7,800 nucleotides of DNA from Candidatus Wukongarchaeum yapensis (GTDB lineage Archaea; Asgardarchaeota; Wukongarchaeia; Wukongarchaeales; Wukongarchaeaceae): positions 1 to 7,800 of the forward strand of contig JAEOSI010000099.1 in NCBI GenBank assembly GCA_016840425.1. The letters are read 5' to 3'. Position 1 is the first letter of the stretch; each line of letters starts with the position of its first letter. A program made the translations under genes and the position numbers. Positions 1 to 5,722 of this stretch are shown piece after piece. The notes beneath the pieces are model-generated. The model was not told where the DNA came from. It saw only the letters and a list, made by a program, of their open reading frames with translations, and searched no databases.

Positions 1-368
1 AACTCATACATATTATGCGTTTCATCGAGCACCTGATTGTTTTTCAACCCCAAATTAAAATGACTAAGAATAGTGTTCATGTTAGTACAAAGCCCTTTTT
101 CTCCCCCAGCATTACTCAACACTAGCAGCGACCCTCCCTCTTCAACAAAACGGAGAATTCCCTTAATTTCGTAAGCATAAAGCTTACTTTGATCAGGACA
201 TGCAAAAACCAAAACATCCTGATCTTGTATTTTTTTAAAACTGATCGGTGCATCATTATGCAAGTCAACTTCATGGCCCAAACTTTCTAAAAGAGTCCGA
301 AGATTAGTCAAACTCGAAAATATTCTCCCCCGCTCATTTTGTGTTTCATCAAATAAAATTCGCGCCAA
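1..368 (-). CDS. GIFT/GldG/IFT52-N-like (DUF4350-like, class I GATase-like fold) domain protein; N-terminal 122 codons, runs off the left edge
   Basis: Manual translation of the minus strand is open from TTG at 368 to position 1: (M)ARILFDETQNERGRIFSSLTNLRTLLESLGHEVDLHNDAPISFKKIQDQDVLVFACPDQSKLYAYEIKGILRFVEEGGSLLVLSNAGGEKGLCTNMNTILSHFNLGLKNNQVLDETHNMYE. The ILFDE / DVLVF..P / EI..I..FV..GG.LLVL...GG...TN.N.IL pattern fits this family. SD GAGGTG lies 7 nt upstream; alternative in-frame ATGs are at 383 and 392. Absent from the ORF track because the stop is outside the window. Confidence 0.75.
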   Translation of the reverse strand, partial: MARILFDETQNERGRIFSSLTNLRTLLESLGHEVDLHNDAPISFKKIQDQDVLVFACPDQSKLYAYEIKGILRFVEEGGSLLVLSNAGGEKGLCTNMNTILSHFNLGLKNNQVLDETHNMYE

Positions 369-375
369 CCGAAAA

Positions 376-381
376 CACCTC
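376..381 (-). promoter_or_regulatory. Shine-Dalgarno site (GAGGTG) for the TTG start at 368
   Basis: Plus-strand cacctc reads GAGGTG on the minus strand, 7 nt before TTG. Confidence 0.6.
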
Positions 382-554
382 ATTATTACCATCAGAAAGG
401 CTCAAAAGCCTAACAAGTATTTGGCGACTTTACTAAAACTTACCCCATATTCTAAAATATTTAAAAGAGGTTTACTTATTTATTTTAGACGGTTCAAATC
501 AAAACCCCCAACTAAAACCTAGCTTAAATCATCATTGTAAAGGAGAATTAAGTC

Positions 555-767
555 ATGGTGAAACTAAAAATTAGAAAAAAAGAAAATAACAAGAAAAAAG
601 ATCAATCCATAAAAGAAAAGATAATGGGTCCTTCAAGGAAAAAAGGCTTAAAATGGGAAACTCCTCCCCAAGAAAAAAAGACAGAGGAAAACGAAGAAAA
701 TAAATCCAAAAAGCCGCGAAGGAAAAAGAAAATTGGGCCAGAGCTAATAATTCAAAAAAGAGAGTGA
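555..767 (+). CDS. small Lys-rich, probably disordered hypothetical protein (70 aa)
   Basis: AGGAG SD at 541-545 before the ATG. The TGA stop overlaps the trm5 GTG start (GTGA, 764-767). No recognisable family. Confidence 0.6.
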   Translation: MVKLKIRKKENNKKKDQSIKEKIMGPSRKKGLKWETPPQEKKTEENEENKSKKPRRKKKIGPELIIQKRE

Positions 768-1930
768 AACACCATTTGAACGAAGAAAATAACGATGAAG
801 AAAAACAACAAAAACAAGAAACTAGCATTACTACATGCGTTTTTATTCCTCGTAATTTAGGAGAACCTGTGCGAAAATTTCTTCTAAAAAAAGGGCTTTT
901 AAACCTCAACCTCAAAGTAAAACAAGAAGAAAATAAACTACATTTTCCAGTAATTAGAAGGCTGGAAAAACACGAATTAACAGAATTAAAAAGCATCACA
1001 GGGAAAAAAATCGAAGAAGAAAATTGTTATTTTGAAACATTCCATTCTAAAAAACGCGGCAACTTATCCTCTGCCCTAAAAGAAAAAATACCAAGAAACT
1101 TATTAGAGTTTCTACCAAAAAGTTACGATCGAATAGGAGACCTAATAATCGTTGAAATACCCGAAACTTTAGCTCCTTATTCTCAAATAATCGGGGAAAC
1201 CCTATTAAAAATCCACAAAGTTAAAGGAGTTTACAGAAAAGCAGGAAAAGTCGAAGGAGAAAAACGCATAAGAAAACTCGAACCCCTTGCAGGAAAAGAT
1301 GACCCAAAAACCATACATGTAGAATACGGAGTACGGCTTTTCGTCGACATAAAAACCACATATTTCAGCCCAAGATTAGGATATGAACATCACCGCATAG
1401 CGAAACAAGTAAAAAGCGGAGAAACCGTTTTTGATATGTTTACCAGCGTCGGTCCCTTCGCAATCCACATCGCAAAAAATACAAACGCAACAATTTACGC
1501 AACCGACATAAACCCCCACGCTATTGATGCCTTAAAAAAAAGCCTAACTTTAAACAAGCTAAAAGGGACCATAATCACCTTACTCCTTGATGCGAAAGAA
1601 GCTGTAGAAACTCTCTTAAAAAACAAAGCAGACCGCATAATAATGAACTTACCAGCAAATGCTCACGAATACATCGAAGCCGCTTGCACAGCCTTAAAAG
1701 AAAAAGGAGGAAAAATACATTTCTATACCTTCATAAAGTACGAACCAACCGCGACGCCACCGATGACGACAACAACGAGAAAAGAAACAATTTTTGAAAA
1801 AGCAGAAACACTGCTAAGGAACACGGTCAAAACCCAAGGACGAACTGTTGAAAAAATTTTAAACAAACACTTAGTCAAAACCACAGCACCCTTCCAAGAA
1901 CAAGTAGTTCTAGACGCACTAATAACCTAA
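764..1930 (+). CDS. trm5: tRNA (guanine37-N1)-methyltransferase Trm5, D1-D2-D3 architecture (aTrm5b/c-like)
   Basis: Motifs LPKSYDRIGDLIIV, GEKRIRKLE, E.G.RLFVDI..TYFSPRLGYEH.R, DMFTSVGPF, DINP.A and IIMNLP. The N-terminal D1-like segment (LLN..LKV.....LHFPV) is present. NLP is retained, unlike the aTrm5a/Taw22 type. Confidence 0.9.
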   Translation: MKHHLNEENNDEEKQQKQETSITTCVFIPRNLGEPVRKFLLKKGLLNLNLKVKQEENKLHFPVIRRLEKHELTELKSITGKKIEEENCYFETFHSKKRGNLSSALKEKIPRNLLEFLPKSYDRIGDLIIVEIPETLAPYSQIIGETLLKIHKVKGVYRKAGKVEGEKRIRKLEPLAGKDDPKTIHVEYGVRLFVDIKTTYFSPRLGYEHHRIAKQVKSGETVFDMFTSVGPFAIHIAKNTNATIYATDINPHAIDALKKSLTLNKLKGTIITLLLDAKEAVETLLKNKADRIIMNLPANAHEYIEAACTALKEKGGKIHFYTFIKYEPTATPPMTTTTRKETIFEKAETLLRNTVKTQGRTVEKILNKHLVKTTAPFQEQVVLDALIT

Positions 1931-1946
1931 AACCAAAAAACTCCCC

Positions 1947-2384
1947 TCACCCTAAAGTTACCAGAAACACTATTTTAATCACGGTTTCTGGTTTTTGAAG
2001 CAGTTTAACAAAAGACCTTGGCAAATCCCCCGCCGCCTTATCTGCATAAACCATGACAGTTTTTGGACAAGCAAACCCACTTTTCCTAACAACAATATCT
2101 TCAGGATGAGAATAACTTAAACTAGAATGCCCTCTGCCCTTCACGATAATCCTTTCATTTAATCCTTCTATCCTCAAATTCATACTTATAACCGCTTTTT
2201 CATTTGAAGCCAACTTTTTAAAATCAGTACTAAAATCTGCCAAACTTTTACTTGATCCTACCCCTATAAAACAATCTCCCCTCTTAGAAACCTTTTCATG
2301 ACAAGTTATCGCCATAGTTTTTTCATGTTTAGCCTCTATATTCGGATGACCTCTAGCTAAAAGTTCTTCTCTCTCAATTCTCAA
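1947..2384 (-). CDS. DUF371 family conserved archaeal protein
   Basis: ARGHPNIEAKH..T..IT.......RGDCFIGV and L...HPEDIVVRKS.F.CPKT....ADKAA.DLPR are DUF371 hallmarks. Confidence 0.88.
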   Translation of the reverse strand: MRIEREELLARGHPNIEAKHEKTMAITCHEKVSKRGDCFIGVGSSKSLADFSTDFKKLASNEKAVISMNLRIEGLNERIIVKGRGHSSLSYSHPEDIVVRKSGFACPKTVMVYADKAAGDLPRSFVKLLQKPETVIKIVFLVTLG

Positions 2385-2446
2385 AAAATTTCCTCCTACT
2401 TTTAAGCAAAAAATACTTTTACCTTTTTACTTTTCCCTTATTTAAC

Positions 2447-2481
2447 AATGGAAGATGAAGAATAATGGAAGATGAAGAATA
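2447..2481 (+). repeat. perfect 17-bp direct tandem duplication (ATGGAAGATGAAGAATA x2)
   Basis: Copy 1 is 2448-2464 and copy 2 is 2465-2481; identity at period 17 spans 2447-2481. The unit duplicates the first codons of pcm. Confidence 0.97.
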
Positions 2482-3154
2482 CTTGGCCAAAGCCAAAGAA
2501 AGGATCATATCAAGCCTTATAAAACACAAATTCTTAAAATCAAACCGCGCCATAAAAGCTTTCGAAAAAGTCCCAAGAGAAGAATTCGTACTACCCCAAT
2601 ACAGAAGTAACGCATACTCCGACACACCGCTCCCAATTCTCGAAAGCCAAACTATATCAGCATGCCATATGTGTATTATAATGGTTGAAGAAGATTGTCT
2701 TGACCCTCAGCCAGGGGATAGGACGTTGGAGATAGGGGCTGGAAGCGGTTATCATGCTGCTTTACTGGCTGAAATGATCGCTCCAGAGGGATGCGAAAAC
2801 CCTGGTCACGTATGGACAGTGGAAATCCATAAGAGTCTGGTTGAGTTTGCTAGAGCGAATTTGGAAAGAGCTGGCTATTCGGATAGGGTAACCGTAATCC
2901 ATGGTGATGGTTCGAAGGGTTATCCTCCAGAAGCTCCTTATGACCGCATAATGGTTACAGCAGCGGCTCCTGACATACCTGAGCCTCTTAAAGAACAGTT
3001 AAAAGTTGGGGGACGGCTCGTTATCCCTGTGGGAGCTCCTCACCTTTGGCAAGAATTAACCCTTGTCATAAAAAAGAGGGACGGAAGCTTGAAAGCCAAA
3101 AAATTGGGAGGAGTCGCCTTTGTGCCCCTCAGAGGAAAACATGGCTTTAAATAA
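2465..3154 (+). CDS. pcm: protein-L-isoaspartate (D-aspartate) O-methyltransferase
   Basis: AFEKVPREEFV, AYSDTPLPI, QTISA.HM, LEIGAGSGYHAA, GDGSKGYPPEAPYDRIMVTAAAPDIPEPL.EQLKVGGRLVIPVG and VAFVPLRG. Confidence 0.97.
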   Translation: MEDEEYLAKAKERIISSLIKHKFLKSNRAIKAFEKVPREEFVLPQYRSNAYSDTPLPILESQTISACHMCIIMVEEDCLDPQPGDRTLEIGAGSGYHAALLAEMIAPEGCENPGHVWTVEIHKSLVEFARANLERAGYSDRVTVIHGDGSKGYPPEAPYDRIMVTAAAPDIPEPLKEQLKVGGRLVIPVGAPHLWQELTLVIKKRDGSLKAKKLGGVAFVPLRGKHGFK

Positions 3155-3188
3155 ATCCCCATCCTTACTTCGAAAAAGAACTAAAAAA

Positions 3189-3416
3189 TTAAGGCGCTTC
3201 AGGAAGCGTCTCTGTGCTCTCGGTGCCCTCCAAGCTGTTGATTTCTATAGCAATATCAAAAAGATCCTCAAGTTCCTCAGTCTCAACAAACGCTACGAGA
3301 TCATACCGCCCAAAAACTAAAAACGCCGTAACTACGCCCTCAATTTTTCTAACACTTTCTAAAGTCTCCTTGACTTTCCCCGGTTTTAACCGGATCAAAA
3401 TGCATCCATTTTTCAT
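3189..3416 (-). CDS. stand-alone Lrp/AsnC ligand-binding (RAM) domain protein, copy 2 (no HTH)
   Basis: 75 aa with ILI...PGK..E......IEGV..A..VFGRYDLVAFVE and S.ETL. The ATG overlaps the TGA of the upstream paralogue (ATGA, 3416-3413). Confidence 0.88.
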   Translation of the reverse strand: MKNGCILIRLKPGKVKETLESVRKIEGVVTAFLVFGRYDLVAFVETEELEDLFDIAIEINSLEGTESTETLPEAP

Positions 3417-3643
3417 ATCGTAGGTACCTCCATCAAAGTTTCGCTCGCCTTAACTTCTTTTATACTATGTATCTTAACAGCGGTCTCCCCCAAAGCTTTC
3501 AAATTTTCAGCCTCAAGAAGCACCGCGATATCAAATTGGCCCGAACAAGAAAACACTTTTTTTACATTTTCTATTTTTTTTATATTTTCAACAGCTTCCT
3601 CAAGCTTTCCTGCTTCGCATTTAATTAAGGTACAAGCTTGCAA
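3413..3643 (-). CDS. stand-alone Lrp/AsnC ligand-binding (RAM) domain protein, copy 1 (no HTH)
   Basis: 76 aa with LIKCEAGK.EE.......IENV..V...SGQFDIAV..E and SETL. TTG start with AGGAG upstream. Confidence 0.85.
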   Translation of the reverse strand: MQACTLIKCEAGKLEEAVENIKKIENVKKVFSCSGQFDIAVLLEAENLKALGETAVKIHSIKEVKASETLMEVPTI

Positions 3644-3687
3644 TGAAACCTTCTCCTAATGATCTTTTGGTAGCCAAACACAAATAA

Positions 3688-3702
3688 ATTTGAAAATATT
3701 TA
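3688..3702 (-). promoter_or_regulatory. putative archaeal promoter (BRE ACAAAAA + TATA TTATAAAT) for the RAM-domain pair
   Basis: The minus strand reads ACAAAAA-TTATAAAT, about 45 nt upstream of TTG 3643, leaving a short leader that contains the SD. Confidence 0.55.
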
Positions 3703-3720
3703 TAATTTTTGTTAGTTTTA

Positions 3721-3734
3721 GAAAAAACAAAAAA
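3721..3734 (-). terminator. oligo-U archaeal terminator candidate after lipA
   Basis: The minus strand reads TTTTTTGTTTTTTC immediately after the lipA TGA. Confidence 0.45.
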
Positions 3735-4604
3735 TCAAATTTTTTTTGAGAAAAGTTCTCCAGCTTGATAAGAGGTCCTAACAAAGGGACCAGATACCAC
3801 ATAGATAAACCCAAGACTTAATCCTATCTCTTTATATCGTTCAAAAAGTTTAGGGTGAACATATTCTTTAACTTCTATATGACGTGAACTTGGTTGAAGA
3901 TACTGTCCGAGCGTTAAAACGTCAACAAAAACACTCCTCAAATCTCTCATTGTTTGAACAATTTCTTCCTCTCTCTCCCCTAGACCAAGCATCAAAGAAG
4001 ACTTTGTTATTATCAAAGGATCCAAGTTTTTCAAAACTTCTAAAACTTTTAAAGATCTAGAGTAACTAGCTCTACTGTCTCTTACCAAAGATTGTAAACG
4101 GGCTACTGTTTCAACATTATGCGAGATGACATCTGGTTTTGCTTTAACAACTTCGCTCAAAGCTTCTAAGTTTCCATTAAAATCTGGGATCAAAACTTCA
4201 ACCCTACACAACGGAGCAACTTCCTTAATTTTCCTAACGCATCGAGCAAAATGCGAAGCTCCTCCATCTGGAAGATCGTCCCGAGTAACCGAAGTTAAAA
4301 CCACATACTGCAATCCTAAAGCTTTTACAGCTTCTGCTAACCTATCTGTCTCCTCAAAGTCAACTTTACCCCTCGGATCCCCGCTTTTGACAGCGCAAAA
4401 TCCACAAGCCCTCGTGCAAATATCCCCCAAAATCATGAACGTAGCATGTCCTTGACTCCAACATTCAGACTGGTTAGGGCAATGCGCCTCCGTGCAAACC
4501 GTGCACAAACTAAAATCTTTTAAAAGCTGTTTAATTTTAAAAAACCTTTGAGTAGACGGAGGTCTTATTTTAAGCCAATCCGGCTTTTTCAACCTACCAC
4601 CCAT
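3735..4604 (-). CDS. lipA: lipoyl synthase (radical SAM, two Fe-S clusters)
   Basis: KPDWLK, CX4CX5C (CTEAHCPNQSEC), ATFMILGDIC, CX3CX2C (CTRACGFC), LTSVTRDDLPDGGA, HNVETV, TKSSLMLGLGE, LTLGQYLQPS and GPFVRTSY. Start placed at ATG 4604 (GGTGG upstream); the alternative is GTG 4625, which overlaps the hypA stop. Confidence 0.97.
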   Translation of the reverse strand: MGGRLKKPDWLKIRPPSTQRFFKIKQLLKDFSLCTVCTEAHCPNQSECWSQGHATFMILGDICTRACGFCAVKSGDPRGKVDFEETDRLAEAVKALGLQYVVLTSVTRDDLPDGGASHFARCVRKIKEVAPLCRVEVLIPDFNGNLEALSEVVKAKPDVISHNVETVARLQSLVRDSRASYSRSLKVLEVLKNLDPLIITKSSLMLGLGEREEEIVQTMRDLRSVFVDVLTLGQYLQPSSRHIEVKEYVHPKLFERYKEIGLSLGFIYVVSGPFVRTSYQAGELFSKKI

Positions 4605-4621
4605 TAAAAACCACCGAAAAA

Positions 4622-5005
4622 TCACTTTGTAATAATAACGTTTTTTAAAATCACTTCCCTTCCCGCCAATATCTCCGTAAACATGCTTTCACAACGTAAA
4701 CAAGAAAATCTCGGCTCAATCAAAGTATGCGTCAATATATCTTCCTCAGTAGGAGGCTTTAAAGGTCCCTCATAACCGCATTTTTCACACCTAATTTTCC
4801 CGGGGATTTTCACAAATTCGACCTTCATGCCTTCCGCTATGGTTTTCTCGCTCAAAACTTCGAGCCAAAATTTAACTTGGTCTGTGTTGAGTAAAGCGAA
4901 TTCCCCTACTTCTACGACTAGACCCTCTACTTTTTTCCCGTTATTTTCTTTCACAACTTCTATAACTGTGTCGAATATAGTTTGAGCAGTACTAAATTCA
5001 TGCAA
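4622..5005 (-). CDS. hypA: hydrogenase maturation nickel metallochaperone HypA
   Basis: (M)HEFS N-terminus if translation starts at TTG 5005 (GGTGG 8 nt upstream), VGE..L, two CxxC Zn motifs (CEKC, CLRC) and GRE..L..V. The ORF-track ATG at 5020 would bury the MHE motif. Confidence 0.93.
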   Translation of the reverse strand: MHEFSTAQTIFDTVIEVVKENNGKKVEGLVVEVGEFALLNTDQVKFWLEVLSEKTIAEGMKVEFVKIPGKIRCEKCGYEGPLKPPTEEDILTHTLIEPRFSCLRCESMFTEILAGREVILKNVIITK

Positions 5006-5182
5006 TAAATATTCCACCATTATCTAATAACAAAGGTTTTATTTTAAATACTAGTTATTAAAGGTTGAAGTCAGATATTATTCGCGTTTGTGCAAATATT
5101 TTTAATGCATTTATGAAATATATAGCATCCCTTTTCTCTTTATATGGTTGGTTGGTTAAAATTTTGGAGGCTTTTCAGAAAA

Positions 5183-5548
5183 ATGTCTAGCGAAGTTAAC
5201 TTGCGTAAAGGGGAATATTATGTTTTTTACCCTGAATATTTTGACAAAAATTTAAGCAGAGCGCAAGGAAGGCGAGTTCCTAAAAAATTTACTGTAGAAA
5301 CACCCACCATAGAAATGTTAGCAATAGCGGCTAAAAGAATTGGTTTAGATCCAAAAGTAGATTCTGCTGCTTACCCCCGATTATGGTGGGAGATGCGTGG
5401 AAGACTCATTATAAAAAAACAAGACTTACCAAAAACACAGCTCCTTAAAAATTTAGCAAAAAGCTTACAAGTAGTCCATGAATACATGATGAAGAAAAAA
5501 CAAGAGAAAGCCAAAGAAGAAAAAGTAAGAAAAAAGAAAAAAAGATGA
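5183..5548 (+). CDS. srp19: signal recognition particle 19 kDa protein
   Basis: YPEYFDKNLSRAQGRRVPK, P.I..L..AA..IGL, AYPR.WWE..GR.II.K and KTQLL..LA. Start placed at ATG 5183 (GGAGG at 5166-5170) rather than 5144. Confidence 0.95.
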   Translation: MSSEVNLRKGEYYVFYPEYFDKNLSRAQGRRVPKKFTVETPTIEMLAIAAKRIGLDPKVDSAAYPRLWWEMRGRLIIKKQDLPKTQLLKNLAKSLQVVHEYMMKKKQEKAKEEKVRKKKKR

Positions 5549-5722
5549 AAAGAAAAAACCCAAAAAAATAAAGAATTAAAATAAGGGTGATGTTTAATTC
5601 CAAAAATTCACTAAAAATGAGGTTCATCACCCACTATTGAAACGATATTAAATTTCAGTAAAACAAAAAATCCTCAATCCCCTACTTTTTTTAAAAAAAT
5701 GGAGAATATGGTGTTTTTTCTC

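Noticed and set aside
571-999. 142-aa minus-strand ORF
   Set aside because: Phe/Ser/Leu-rich antisense shadow of the A-rich 70-aa ORF and trm5; no family features.
2419-2625. 68-aa minus-strand ORF
   Set aside because: Antisense to the well-supported pcm gene.
3120-3423. plus-strand ORFs 3120-3320 and 3214-3423
   Set aside because: Antisense to the RAM-domain gene; no SD or motif support.
4126-4455. 109-aa plus-strand ORF
   Set aside because: Entirely antisense to lipA.
455-5101. palindrome AAATATTT in three intergenic regions (455-462, 3684-3691, 5094-5101) as a shared Lrp operator
   Set aside because: It is only 8 bp of A/T in very AT-rich spacers, and it overlaps TATA-like elements, so chance or promoter composition is sufficient.
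5445-5630. hydrophobic 61-aa minus-strand ORF that looks like a membrane peptide
   Set aside because: Its hydrophobicity is the reverse complement of poly-A Lys codons in srp19 and the A-rich spacer.
5585-5632. C/D box sRNA (minus-strand GUGAUGA resembles box C)
   Set aside because: No CUGA box D or D' at suitable positions.
5546-5640. selenocysteine readthrough of the srp19 TGA with the downstream hairpin as SECIS
   Set aside because: Readthrough adds only a low-complexity tail, the TGA is not at a Cys-equivalent position, and the hairpin does not match a SECIS pattern I can support.
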